From the NCBI GenBank assembly GCA_937924555.1, contig CALDSN010000098.1:28976-92975 (forward strand): a DNA stretch of 64,000 bases. Direction: 5' to 3'. Position 1 is the stretch's first letter. Every line of letters starts with the position of its first letter. Of this stretch, positions 38,514 to 48,663 are shown piece by piece. The translations under genes were made by a program, and so were the position numbers. A model generated the notes under the pieces. The model saw nothing but the letters and a program-made list of their open reading frames with translations, was not told the DNA's origin and ran no database searches. The DNA comes from an uncultured bacterium. Its GTDB lineage: Bacteria > Cloacimonadota > Cloacimonadia > Cloacimonadales > Cloacimonadaceae.

Positions 38514-41423
38514 TTAAGCTTCTCCCTCCAATGCTTCCTGAATCTTGTCAGAGAGTTCTTTCAGGGTGAAGGGTTTGGATATGAAGTGCACATCTGCATC
38601 CAATATACTCTGGTGAGCGATAACATTCGCAGTGTAGCCGGACATAAACAGGCTCTTAATCTTTGGGTGAATAGCAGTGATGTTCTTGGTTAAATCTCTG
38701 CCGTTCATTTCGGGCATTATCACATCCGTTATCAACAGCTTAATCTCTCCCACATAATCCTTAGCTATTTGAATGGCTTCTCTTGGGTTCCCGGCACAGA
38801 TGACTTCAAAGCCCATCTTCTCCACCATCCGCTTGGTTATGCGCATAATGGCAGGCTCATCTTCCACCAGCATCACAACACCGCTTCCCTGCAGCACTGT
38901 GCCATTGTGTTCAGAGGGTTTGGCTTCACCCGAGGCGTTGATGTAACGGGGGAAGTATATTCTAAAGGTGGAGCCTACTCCAGGCTCGCTGTACACTCCA
39001 ATAAAGCCGTTATTCTGCTTCACTATTCCGTAGATGGTGGATAAGCCCAGTCCTGTTCCTCTGCCCACTTCCTTGGTGGTAAAGAACGGCTCGAAGAGGC
39101 TTTCCAGCAGGTTTTTCTCAATTCCACAGCCATTGTCGCTGACCGACAGACACACAAACTCTCCGGGTAATACTCCGCTTTTACGGGCACAATCCACTTC
39201 ATTAATAGTTACTGCACTCGTTTCAATGCGTATTTCTCCCACATTACGGATGGCATCACGTGCATTTATACACAGATTAGTTAACACCTGGTCCAGTTGA
39301 GAGGGGTCAATCTTGATGTCCCACAGGTCTTCTCCGGGGAACCACAACAGATTAATATCCTCCCCAATAAGCCGTTCCAGCATCTTAAGCATGTTCTGCA
39401 AGGCGATATTCAGGTTCAGCACCTGAGGGGCAATGGTTTGCTTCCTGGCGAAGGCAAGAAGCTGCTTGGTGAGTTCCGAAGAGCGTTTACCTGCTTTGAT
39501 AATCTCATTCAGATCTTCATAGAGCGGGTTATCTTCGCCAATTTCCTCTGCCAAAAACATGGCATGTCCGATAATGATGCTGAGCATGTTATTAAAGTCA
39601 TGCGCTACTCCTCCGGCAAGCCGTCCCACAGATTCTATCTTTTGCGCTTGGCTAAGCTGTTCCTGTAACCTATCCTTTTCAGCTTCAGCTCTCTTACGCT
39701 CGGTGACATCCATGAAGATACATGCAAACTGCATCGGAGCAGGGCGGAAGGCCGTAACCTCGAAATACTTGTCCAATTCTCTTGCATAGCTCTCAAAATG
39801 CGCGGGTTCCCCGGTTAATGCCACCTTCCCATATTTTTCGACCCAGTGCTTCTCAATATCCGGTAACACATCCAATACTCTTTTACCGGCAATATGTTCA
39901 TTCCGTAACCCCGTAATGCGTTCAAAAGCCGGATTTACGGCGATAAATCTATAGTCTATCGGTTCGCCGGCTTCATTACAGATAATATCATGCAGAGCAA
40001 ATCCATCCAACATTTCGTTGAACAGGATTTGGTATTTGCTTTCTATCCTTCTCTGCTTCTCCAAAGCAATTGCCAAGCTAATCTTACTGTAGCTGAGATT
40101 GGATATCATTCCTGCAAGCTTACCATAGTATGCCATTATCGCTTCCACTTTCTGCTTATTCCACCGCGGAACTCTTCTTAGGGCTGCAATGTAATCTTCT
40201 TCGTTAAAACCGTATAATCTTGCTTGATTGCGAAATAGCTCTTCATCGACTACTTCATCATCATACATGAATTGCCCGAGGAATATGTTACCCACATGTT
40301 TCCCTCCTAACACGATGGGGGTTACTAAATCCCAGAGGTTGTTTTTACAGTGATATGCTTTAAAGGTACCCAGTTCCACACCCTTAGAGAGAACTACATC
40401 ACTTTCCACACAGTTAAGGCGGGTGGCAGGATTTACGCGGTGGAACTTAGTGCAGATATCTTGCCAGCCGACAGAAATAAGCACCTTACCTTCCACATCC
40501 AAAATTCCACATACGGCATTTGTTAATGTATGAAAATCAGTTAGTAGGGATTGAAGTGCATCCACATCCAGAATATGCTCCAGCTTTAGGTCGCTGAGGT
40601 CACCAGTGGGATCAGTTATGGCATTAAGCTTGTCGCGGACTGCCGCTTCGCTGTCTTTTAAAGCTTGTTCAGCCTCAATTTGCTTGGTGATGTCAATAAC
40701 CGTGGTAATGAAGTTTATAAAGTTTCCATCCTTATCCCGGTTGGCGGCAACGCTCATATCACCCCATATATAGCTGCCATTCTTGTGGACATACCGTTTC
40801 CTGAAGCGTACAGAATCCTTTTCTCCGCTTAGCAGGGGGCTAATCTCCCTCTCTACCATTTGGATATCTTCCGGGGGAGTTATCTCCTGCCAAGTGTGCG
40901 CAACAAGCTCTTTTTCCTCATAACCCAGCATAGCGCAAAAAGCAGGATTAACCCTTATCTCTCCGTTTGGTTGGGTGATGGATTTTCCCACATTAGAGCC
41001 ATCAAAGATCTTCTTGAACATCAGTTCGCTTGCTCGTAAGGCATCGTCCAAGGCGATTTTTTCGCTGATGTCTCTTGCTGAGGCGAAAAAATACTCGCCG
41101 TGGAGGGATGTACGCCATTCCATCCAATGAAAGCTGCCATTGCGTGCCCGTATCCTATTGTTGAAGTTGAGCACTTTTTCCCCGCTCCGTAAGCGTTGCA
41201 TTTCCTGCTTTGTGCTCTCCACATCATCGGGATGGACATAACTTAGGATATTCTGACCCAACATCTCTTCAATAGGGTAACCAAAGGTTTCTTCCCACTG
41301 AGCGTTAAGCTTGCAAAAGATACCATCTCCGGTGGTTATGCAAAGCAAGTCCAAAGAAGAATCAAAAAAACTGTTAACCAAGTCTAAACTGTTGTTCGGC
41401 ATACGGTTATTGCTTACATCCAT
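38514..41423 (-). CDS. Hybrid sensor histidine kinase: PAS-PAS-PocR-PAS-HisKA-HATPase-REC
   Basis: VHPDD PAS, WQDICTKFHR...CVESD PocR, AGGVAHDFNN, FEPFFTTK..GTGLGL, LLITDVIMP. Confidence 0.93.
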   Translation of the reverse strand: MDVSNNRMPNNSLDLVNSFFDSSLDLLCITTGDGIFCKLNAQWEETFGYPIEEMLGQNILSYVHPDDVESTKQEMQRLRSGEKVLNFNNRIRARNGSFHWMEWRTSLHGEYFFASARDISEKIALDDALRASELMFKKIFDGSNVGKSITQPNGEIRVNPAFCAMLGYEEKELVAHTWQEITPPEDIQMVEREISPLLSGEKDSVRFRKRYVHKNGSYIWGDMSVAANRDKDGNFINFITTVIDITKQIEAEQALKDSEAAVRDKLNAITDPTGDLSDLKLEHILDVDALQSLLTDFHTLTNAVCGILDVEGKVLISVGWQDICTKFHRVNPATRLNCVESDVVLSKGVELGTFKAYHCKNNLWDLVTPIVLGGKHVGNIFLGQFMYDDEVVDEELFRNQARLYGFNEEDYIAALRRVPRWNKQKVEAIMAYYGKLAGMISNLSYSKISLAIALEKQRRIESKYQILFNEMLDGFALHDIICNEAGEPIDYRFIAVNPAFERITGLRNEHIAGKRVLDVLPDIEKHWVEKYGKVALTGEPAHFESYARELDKYFEVTAFRPAPMQFACIFMDVTERKRAEAEKDRLQEQLSQAQKIESVGRLAGGVAHDFNNMLSIIIGHAMFLAEEIGEDNPLYEDLNEIIKAGKRSSELTKQLLAFARKQTIAPQVLNLNIALQNMLKMLERLIGEDINLLWFPGEDLWDIKIDPSQLDQVLTNLCINARDAIRNVGEIRIETSAVTINEVDCARKSGVLPGEFVCLSVSDNGCGIEKNLLESLFEPFFTTKEVGRGTGLGLSTIYGIVKQNNGFIGVYSEPGVGSTFRIYFPRYINASGEAKPSEHNGTVLQGSGVVMLVEDEPAIMRITKRMVEKMGFEVICAGNPREAIQIAKDYVGEIKLLITDVIMPEMNGRDLTKNITAIHPKIKSLFMSGYTANVIAHQSILDADVHFISKPFTLKELSDKIQEALEGEA

Positions 41424-41617
41424 CTAATCTTCCTAATCCACACATCTCATTAAATTGCTGTTGAAGTCCGCACATTGTCGGGATTTCCTCGCTTTGGCCT
41501 TCGCCAAGGCACACCTCACCTAAGCTTGCTTGATATACATACTAAACATATATCTTTCTGAGGCAACTACAATAATTTAGCTCCTCATCCTACTCGCTTG
41601 TTATAGATATCCTGTCT

Positions 41618-41694
41618 GGTATCAATACGGTATCATTACGGACTTATTGCGGACAAACAGCGCAATGAGTCCGTAATGATACCGTGTTTATCCC
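41618..41694. repeat. Palindromic repeat family C (GGTATCATTAC 11-mers)
   Basis: 25-bp stem 41627-41651/41661-41685, one G.T, 9-nt loop. Confidence 0.88.
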
Positions 41695-41749
41695 AAGAAG
41701 ACAGAGGGGAAATAACAAGAGCCAAATTGGGGAGGCTGAGGGAAGGAAA

Positions 41750-43435
41750 TCAGCGAGGTGTATATAAAAAAACCATATCCCCCTTGTTATACGAGGGATA
41801 GGATGCTACCAAGCGATAATCACGGGTGAACTTCACATTTAAGGCAAGTTCTAGTTTGTGGATGAACTCTTGTTTCAATTCTCCAGCGAGAGACAGCAAC
41901 ACTGGTTTTGAGGGGGTATCACTCTTTGCCAGAATGGCAAAATATAGGTCTTCCGTTTCCCGGGACCACAGCACTGTGCCGGGTTCGAAACTGCCAAGGG
42001 CATACACCAAACCGGGATGCTTATACACGGCGATTATCCCCTGTTGAGGGGTGAAGCCATAACGCGAAAGGATACCCTCTGTCTGGGTTAGGAACGCCCA
42101 CTTTGGGAAGTCATATTTAATGCCCTTATAGGCGTTATTCTGCATGTATAATGGTTGAGAACGGTATGGATGCTGCACATATTGAAACAAGCCGAAAAAC
42201 AGCACATATAGCATGATGTACGCTGCATAGCGGATAGCTTTGGCGGGATAGAATAAACCCAGCAGCAAGCTGAACCCGCCAAGCAGCAGTGAATAGTAGT
42301 ATTTGGCACCCCAATTGAGCGGGTTGGACGAACCCAAGGCACCCAGATAGGGAAGATAGAGCAGCATACCAATAAGGATTATATAGAGGTAATTGTCTCG
42401 CAGGAAACTGGGAACTGCCTTTGCTGTGGTGCTAAGATGCAAGCTGGGGGGAAGTAGCAAATAACCGATTGAGAGGTACACATAGAACAACAGGAACCCG
42501 GAGAGCAGCATCTCACCCTGCAGATGGGAGTATAAGCCGGTGGCGGTTACATAGAGCAGCATCCCCAGGGCTGCCAAGGATGCCGTTAGCTTCATGCCTT
42601 TGTTTCCGGTGAGGAGGGTGATGCGTGCCAGCAGCAGCACAACGAGAGCTTGCAACATGGCGTATAGGTTCAGTTTGGCAATATCCATTAAAGATTTGAC
42701 GAGGAGCTTGGTGTCGTAGATGATATACTTGCTCAGATAGTGGTAGAAATTGCCATAATAGGCTATCATGCCGGGTTGGATAAGCAGATTGAGCAAGGTG
42801 GCGGTGCCAAGCCATGCCAAGATGAAGGCAAGTAAGCTCCTTAGCTTATGTTGTTTGGAACATAGAAGGACGACGCTGCCGAGTAGCAATCCACCCAAGG
42901 CGGTGGGGAGTTTAACCGCCAAGATGAAGGCAAGCGGGATGGCGGAAATAGCTGAGAACAGGGTATGGTATCTTTCCTTACCTGCAGTAGCCAAGAGCAT
43001 GGATGCGGCAAAGAGGGTTAGGAGAAACTGGTTTAAGCTGTTGTAGGAAAGCTCGGAAGGAGAGCCGGCATAGGAGGCGATGAATCCTGAAAAAGCCGCA
43101 AGAAAGATAAAAGGGAAGGATATCGCTTTACTCCGCCTATAGCTAAGCACCAGATATATGCTGCTGGCAAGGTAAGTTGTGGCGAGGAGATTTATCAGCA
43201 ACCCAAGAAAACGCAGGGGTATAAGTCGGCGCATGGCTGTGGGAAGGAGGGAGCGGAGGAGGATATGCTCATACATATGCCCGCCGAACTCCACAGGTTG
43301 GGCATCCTGATAACGCAGCACATAATAGCCTGCATCACTGAAGTCAAAGGCTTTGTCAAAGCCCCAGATGATGGTGCCCAGTGAGAAGAGGACAAGCAAA
43401 ATGCCGATGATGGTGTGAAGCGGTTGCTTAGCCAA
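41750..43435 (-). CDS. Polytopic membrane protein, probable GT-C glycosyltransferase (GtrC-like)
   Basis: TM1 followed by acidic loop FDFSDAGYY; ~12 TM; periplasmic C-terminus; follows gtrA/GT2. Confidence 0.65.
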   Translation of the reverse strand: MAKQPLHTIIGILLVLFSLGTIIWGFDKAFDFSDAGYYVLRYQDAQPVEFGGHMYEHILLRSLLPTAMRRLIPLRFLGLLINLLATTYLASSIYLVLSYRRSKAISFPFIFLAAFSGFIASYAGSPSELSYNSLNQFLLTLFAASMLLATAGKERYHTLFSAISAIPLAFILAVKLPTALGGLLLGSVVLLCSKQHKLRSLLAFILAWLGTATLLNLLIQPGMIAYYGNFYHYLSKYIIYDTKLLVKSLMDIAKLNLYAMLQALVVLLLARITLLTGNKGMKLTASLAALGMLLYVTATGLYSHLQGEMLLSGFLLFYVYLSIGYLLLPPSLHLSTTAKAVPSFLRDNYLYIILIGMLLYLPYLGALGSSNPLNWGAKYYYSLLLGGFSLLLGLFYPAKAIRYAAYIMLYVLFFGLFQYVQHPYRSQPLYMQNNAYKGIKYDFPKWAFLTQTEGILSRYGFTPQQGIIAVYKHPGLVYALGSFEPGTVLWSRETEDLYFAILAKSDTPSKPVLLSLAGELKQEFIHKLELALNVKFTRDYRLVASYPSYNKGDMVFLYTPR

Positions 43436-43445
43436 GCAGCGAACC

Positions 43446-44387
43446 CTATTTGTCTTTGCGGATAATATAGCCGGGGCGGTTCTTTACCTCGTCGAAGATG
43501 CGCAGTAGATACTGTGCCAACACGCTGATGGAAAGGAGGATAAGTCCGCAGAAGAAGGACATGATGATGAGGGTGGTAGTCCAACCGGGAACACGGAAAC
43601 CGCCAAGTTGGTCTTCCCCCATCAGCTTGAGGATGATGGAGATAACTATCACCACCAAAGAAAGCACAAAGGAACCACCGCCCACAAAGGAGATTAGTTT
43701 GATGGGGAAATCTGAGGAGGCATAGAAAGTATCCTTGAACAGTCGAAGCTTCTTTTTGAAGGTCCAGCGGGATTTATGTCCTTTAGTGCTGGGGCGTTCA
43801 TAGGGTAAGTAAAGAGGATCGAAGCCGAGGCGCATCACCTCGATTAATGCGGAGGTGTTTATGGGGTGGATGCGCTGGTTCAGGATGTCGGCAACTTCTC
43901 TATCCACAGCGAAGATATCGGCACCAAGAGGAGGGAAACTGATGTCGGAGAGCTTATTCATAAGGAGGTAGTAGCTGCGGGCAAAAAGCTCGTTAAAGAT
44001 TCCGTCGTTGCGTTTGCTGCGGAAGGGGATAATCACCTGTGCGCCTTTCTGCCACTCCCGGTATATCTGCACATAAACTTCCAGAGGGGTTTGCCAGTCG
44101 TCCGGCATCATGCTCACCAGATCCCCTTTTGCCACAGATAACCCGGCAAAGATGGCGTAGTGAGAGCTGTAGTTGCGGCTGAGGCGGTATGCCTGCACCT
44201 TGGGGGATGACGCTTCAAGGGTCTTGGCGATGTTGTAGGAGTCATCGGTGGAGCCGTCATCGATAATGATGAATTCGAACTCTATGCCTTCGGCTTGGAA
44301 ACCGGAAGCAAGCTTGTGATACACCTGCGGGATGCGGTTGCCACTGTGGTATGACAACAGAATGAGAGAGAACAAGCCTGTTCTCAT
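43446..44387 (-). CDS. GT2 polyprenol-phosphate glycosyltransferase (GtrB/ArnC-like)
   Basis: IIDDGSTD, RLSRNYS, two C-terminal TMs, YLLRIFDEVKNRPGYII; ATGA overlap with gtrA. Confidence 0.92.
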   Translation of the reverse strand: MRTGLFSLILLSYHSGNRIPQVYHKLASGFQAEGIEFEFIIIDDGSTDDSYNIAKTLEASSPKVQAYRLSRNYSSHYAIFAGLSVAKGDLVSMMPDDWQTPLEVYVQIYREWQKGAQVIIPFRSKRNDGIFNELFARSYYLLMNKLSDISFPPLGADIFAVDREVADILNQRIHPINTSALIEVMRLGFDPLYLPYERPSTKGHKSRWTFKKKLRLFKDTFYASSDFPIKLISFVGGGSFVLSLVVIVISIILKLMGEDQLGGFRVPGWTTTLIIMSFFCGLILLSISVLAQYLLRIFDEVKNRPGYIIRKDK

Positions 44388-44776
44388 TGCTTTCCTCCTT
44401 GGGGGGAAAATACGATGCGCGACCAATGGTAGTTATAGGCTAAAGTGAAGGGAATAACCATGTAAGAAAGCAGCCAGTTCGGGAAAGGCAATAACACCCG
44501 GAATACATATAACATTCCCATGCCCAGGAGCATCCCCGAAAGATACACGGCGAAGTATTGCAGCATTTGCTTGGAGCTGTGACGGCTGCTGAAGGTGAAA
44601 ATGCGGTTAAGCGTATAGGAAAGCAGAATGGTGGTGATGTAGGTAAGCATGTAGGTAAGCTGCAAGGGTGTGTGATATAGCTCCAAACAAACATATAGGA
44701 TAAGCATGGAGAGGAGGGTTACCACCACTCCCACTCCGGAAAAGCGGATGAAGTCTCTGACACTAAAGTCCCGCAT
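44384..44776 (-). CDS. GtrA-family flippase
   Basis: FIRFSGVG, four TMs, [20 protein letters not shown]. Confidence 0.88.
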   Translation of the reverse strand: MRDFSVRDFIRFSGVGVVVTLLSMLILYVCLELYHTPLQLTYMLTYITTILLSYTLNRIFTFSSRHSSKQMLQYFAVYLSGMLLGMGMLYVFRVLLPFPNWLLSYMVIPFTLAYNYHWSRIVFSPQGGKQ

Positions 44777-45890
44777 ATTGCTCCAGTGTGGATACAATGT
44801 GTTGCAATTCTTCTGTGGCAAGATATGGATTCATAGGTAAGCTGAGGCAGTGTTGGGCAATCTCCTCGGCAATGGGGAAGGAGCAGTGAGACATTTCTTG
44901 GTAGGCTTCCTGCTTGTGGGGAGGAATGGGGTAGTGAATCATGGTGCTTACCCCGGCTTGCTGTAAGTGAGATTCCAGGGCTATACGGTTCTGCGTTTGG
45001 ATAACAAATTGATGCCAACAGGGAATAAGCTCTTCTGCGGCAGGAGAGACAGAGCGAAGCTTGGTATAGGGTAAGATTATCTCGGGATTGTTCACTCCCA
45101 GATATGCATTAGCTATATTGTGACGCAACAGGTTGTGGGCATCCAGATGCGGGAGTTTAACCCGAAGGATGGCTGCTTGAAGCTCATCCAAACGGCAATT
45201 GTAACCTTTGTAAAGGTTGTGATACTTGCGGCTGGAACCGTAGTTTGCCAACATGCGCAGTTTAGTAGCAAGCTCATCGTCATTGGTTGTAATAGCACCC
45301 CCATCGCCATATGCTCCCAGGTTTTTACCGGGGTAAAAGCTGAAGGCCGCAGCATCACCCCAAGCCCCGCACTTGATACCGTTGTATGATGCACCATGTG
45401 CTTGAGCTGCATCTTCCAGAACCTTTAAATTATATTGCGAGGCAAGCTTGTTGATAGGCTTCATATCAGCAGGCATACCGTATAAATGAACGGGGATGAT
45501 GGCTTTGCTGCGTGGGGTTATAGCTTGTTCAATACGTTTGGGATCAAGGTTGTAAGTAAGCACGTCTGGTTCAACGGGGATGGGGGTAGCTCCGCAGTAG
45601 CTTACGGCTAACCAAGTGGCAATATAGGTGTTGGAGGGGACAAGAACCTCATCTCCTGCACCAATGCCCCATGCTGTAAGCGCTAAAAACAAAGCATCAA
45701 GTCCATTGCTGACCCCTATGCAGTGCTTTACCCCGATGTATGCTGCAAACTCCTGCTCGAAAGCAGCCACTTCCTCGCCCAGAATATACCAACCCTTAGC
45801 CATCACTTTGGCTATGGCTGCGTCAATCTCCTGCTTCAGCTCACGATAGCTGTTGCCAATGTCGTAGAAGGGGATATCATGCTTTTGCAT
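44763..45890 (-). CDS. fdtB: dTDP-3-amino-3,6-dideoxyhexose aminotransferase (FdtB/QdtB, DegT family)
   Basis: [36 protein letters not shown]. Confidence 0.9.
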   Translation of the reverse strand: MQKHDIPFYDIGNSYRELKQEIDAAIAKVMAKGWYILGEEVAAFEQEFAAYIGVKHCIGVSNGLDALFLALTAWGIGAGDEVLVPSNTYIATWLAVSYCGATPIPVEPDVLTYNLDPKRIEQAITPRSKAIIPVHLYGMPADMKPINKLASQYNLKVLEDAAQAHGASYNGIKCGAWGDAAAFSFYPGKNLGAYGDGGAITTNDDELATKLRMLANYGSSRKYHNLYKGYNCRLDELQAAILRVKLPHLDAHNLLRHNIANAYLGVNNPEIILPYTKLRSVSPAAEELIPCWHQFVIQTQNRIALESHLQQAGVSTMIHYPIPPHKQEAYQEMSHCSFPIAEEIAQHCLSLPMNPYLATEELQHIVSTLEQYAGL

Positions 45891-46278
45891 AGCGGAGATA
45901 CTCGTTATAGTCTCTGATGTAGTCACCTTCGTCAAAGTACTCTGAACAAAGAACCATCAATACTGCTCCCGGGCAGAACTCGCATATATCCACCCACAAA
46001 CCGGGAGCAATGGTAGCAAGATACATGGGGGTATCGAGGGTCAGTTCCTGTGTGCTATGCCCATCACTGATTCGCAACCTGCACGAACCATTCAGACAGA
46101 TAAAACTCTGGTTCAGTTCTTTATGAGCGTGTCCTCCACGATTAAAGCAGCCATCATTTCCCCAGATGTAGAACACTCGCTTAATTATGAAGGGTAAGTC
46201 CTTCTCACCTTCCACAACAGAGAGGTTACCCCGGGCATCGAACATGGTGCTTATTGGCTTAAGCTCTATGTTCATCAT
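45877..46278 (-). CDS. fdtA: dTDP-4-keto-6-deoxyhexose 3,4-ketoisomerase (FdtA/QdtA cupin)
   Basis: [30 protein letters not shown]. Confidence 0.92.
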   Translation of the reverse strand: MMNIELKPISTMFDARGNLSVVEGEKDLPFIIKRVFYIWGNDGCFNRGGHAHKELNQSFICLNGSCRLRISDGHSTQELTLDTPMYLATIAPGLWVDICEFCPGAVLMVLCSEYFDEGDYIRDYNEYLRYAKA

Positions 46279-46826
46279 AAGGCATATCCGTGATATTTGT
46301 CAATAAGGTAGGCAGTGACGGTACTTCTAATATCGTCAGTTCCGGGATGCTTTCTTGATGTACCTGGGTGGTAAATCAGCTCTATCTCACCAGTGGGTCC
46401 TTCTGCTCTTCCTACGACAACCCACCCCAGTTTTGCATGCAAACTACGTATGGCAGTATTACTCGCCAATTGGGATGCTGCCAATGGCTTTCCGGCAAGA
46501 TGCATATAATCATGCATCATTTCTGTACCATATCCTTTGCCCTGGTATTCACCGCTTAAGGCTATGGTATGAGTAGTGAAACTTCCTCTATCTGTAAGAG
46601 TAACAAATCCAATCGTAGTACCCGGTTCATCAATAGTCTCGAATAGGTACGCACGCATTTGATGCTTATTTGTCTTCCACCAATCTACCTGATCCTTTAA
46701 GTTGCGATAGGGCAAGTCTATTGTCGCTAGCTTTTCCAGATTTTCGTTATAGATTATGCGCATGCTGTCCAAGTGCTTCAATGTCCTAACTCTAACTCTT
46801 TTTAACTGAATCTGACTTTTAAGCAT
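46275..46826 (-). CDS. GNAT acyltransferase (putative sugar N-acyltransferase)
   Basis: EYQGKGYG motif A, N.AIRSLHAKLGW; start 46826 overlaps crotonase stop. Confidence 0.75.
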   Translation of the reverse strand: MLKSQIQLKRVRVRTLKHLDSMRIIYNENLEKLATIDLPYRNLKDQVDWWKTNKHQMRAYLFETIDEPGTTIGFVTLTDRGSFTTHTIALSGEYQGKGYGTEMMHDYMHLAGKPLAASQLASNTAIRSLHAKLGWVVVGRAEGPTGEIELIYHPGTSRKHPGTDDIRSTVTAYLIDKYHGYAL

Positions 46827-47550
46827 CCAATACCCCTCTACCCACAGAGTTCTGCACCATTGACACAACCATGGCATATTCGGGATCATCGGCTTGGGGC
46901 ATATTATATCCACCATGTCCCTTGAAATGCTGCTTGTAAAGCCGATAATTATGGTTCCCACTGTTTAGTTTTGCACACAACTCCTGCAAGCGAGTTAACA
47001 AGTTTACCTCGCATAATTCATCCACCAATTCCATAGCTGCTGCTTGCATTGGGTTGATGAACTCACCCATCAGAAGCATTCTAGCGCTGTGTAATCCTGC
47101 TTTGGCTATGATCTCACGCATCAATCCGGGAAGGCTTATACCTTTGGGATATTCAGGGAAACCAATCTTGATTTTTTCGTTGGCATCAATTAAACGATAG
47201 TCTGTGGCTAAAGCAAGTACAGCCCCGCTTCCCACAGCATGACCATTGATTGCGGAGATAATCAACTTAGAACTACGGAGGACTTTATAGAGCAAAATAT
47301 CCAGCAGATACAGAGTGCGGATTGCGCTCTCTTGTTCCAATTTTGCCATAGCTTCAAGGTTCATTCCGGTGCAAAAAGCACGCTCCGACCCCGTGAAGCA
47401 GATTATATCCACTTTAGGGTCACTATCATACTTATCAAAGGCTGTTGCTAGTTCAACAATAATCTCTTGAGTCAGTGAATTCTTTTGTTCAGATCTCAAA
47501 GTTAGTAAAACAGAGTTATCGGTTATGTAGCTGACAAATACATTATCCAT
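46819..47550 (-). CDS. Crotonase-fold (enoyl-CoA hydratase/isomerase) protein
   Basis: NSLT.E, AFCTGMNL, AINGHAVGSG..LALATDYR, GFPE, GLVDEL-like motif. Confidence 0.88.
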   Translation of the reverse strand: MDNVFVSYITDNSVLLTLRSEQKNSLTQEIIVELATAFDKYDSDPKVDIICFTGSERAFCTGMNLEAMAKLEQESAIRTLYLLDILLYKVLRSSKLIISAINGHAVGSGAVLALATDYRLIDANEKIKIGFPEYPKGISLPGLMREIIAKAGLHSARMLLMGEFINPMQAAAMELVDELCEVNLLTRLQELCAKLNSGNHNYRLYKQHFKGHGGYNMPQADDPEYAMVVSMVQNSVGRGVLDA

Positions 47551-47563
47551 GGTTTCTCCCGCT

Positions 47564-48421
47564 TTACACCAAGCTTTCCAGATACTCGCCATATCCGCTT
47601 TTTCTTATTGGAGCTGCGATTCTTAGCAATTGCTCTTTGCTGATAAAACCTTTCCGATAAGCTATCTCTTCGATGCAGCCTATCTTAAAGCCCTGTCTTT
47701 GTTCTATCACCGAGATGAACTGTGATGCCTGCAACAAGGACTCAAATGTCCCCGTATCCAGCCAGGCATAGCCCCTACCAAACACCAGCACATTAAGCTT
47801 ATTCATCTCCAGATATACTTTGTTCACATCCGTGATTTCATATTCACCTCGGGCAGATGGTTGTATCCTATGGGCAATCTCCACCACACTGTTATCGTAG
47901 AAGTATAATCCCGGCACGGCATAGGTGGATTTCGGCTCGCTGGGTTTTTCTTCCAGGCTAAGCACCTTTCCGCAGGAAGCGAACTCCACCACTCCATAAC
48001 GCTGGGGGTCAACCACGGGATAAGCAGTGATGATGGCTCCATCGGGCTTAGTGCACTCTGCCAGCCTGCTTTGGATATCCGCTCCGTAAAAGATGTTATC
48101 TCCCAGGATAAGGCATACGCTATCTCCGCCAATGAAATCTGCACCAAGCACAAAAGCCTGTGCCAAACCGTTGGGAACTTCCTGCGCCACATAGCTGAAG
48201 CACATCCCAAGTTGGCTACCATCACCCAATAATTTTATGAAACTTTCTTGTTCGGCTGGAGTGGTGATTATCAACACTTCCCTTATGCCAGCAAGCATTA
48301 GCACGGAGAGGGGGTAATATATCATCGGCTTGTCATAAACAGGCATAAGCTGCTTACTGACGGCAATGGTCAAGGGGTGCAATCTGGTGCCGGAACCTCC
48401 GGCGAGGATGATACCTTTCAT
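47564..48421 (-). CDS. rfbA: Glucose-1-phosphate thymidylyltransferase
   Basis: [49 protein letters not shown]. Confidence 0.97.
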   Translation of the reverse strand: MKGIILAGGSGTRLHPLTIAVSKQLMPVYDKPMIYYPLSVLMLAGIREVLIITTPAEQESFIKLLGDGSQLGMCFSYVAQEVPNGLAQAFVLGADFIGGDSVCLILGDNIFYGADIQSRLAECTKPDGAIITAYPVVDPQRYGVVEFASCGKVLSLEEKPSEPKSTYAVPGLYFYDNSVVEIAHRIQPSARGEYEITDVNKVYLEMNKLNVLVFGRGYAWLDTGTFESLLQASQFISVIEQRQGFKIGCIEEIAYRKGFISKEQLLRIAAPIRKSGYGEYLESLV

Positions 48422-48663
48422 TGTTCCTTACAGGACTTTCAGCTTTTTCCACCGCTAAAAGCCATCTATTATCCTTATAATTATCTTGATATTGCCTTTG
48501 TGACGGGAGTCCCCGTAGCTGTCAATTCATTTCTTGTTTGAAGGAGCAGGTAGCATGCGATTTGCATGATGAAGCAGCGTAGCTTTCCTTATTTTCTCTC
48601 TTGACGAGGATCAAGCTTTTTGATGAGTGTGCCACAAAAATATAAGTCATCAAGGAGTTCACC

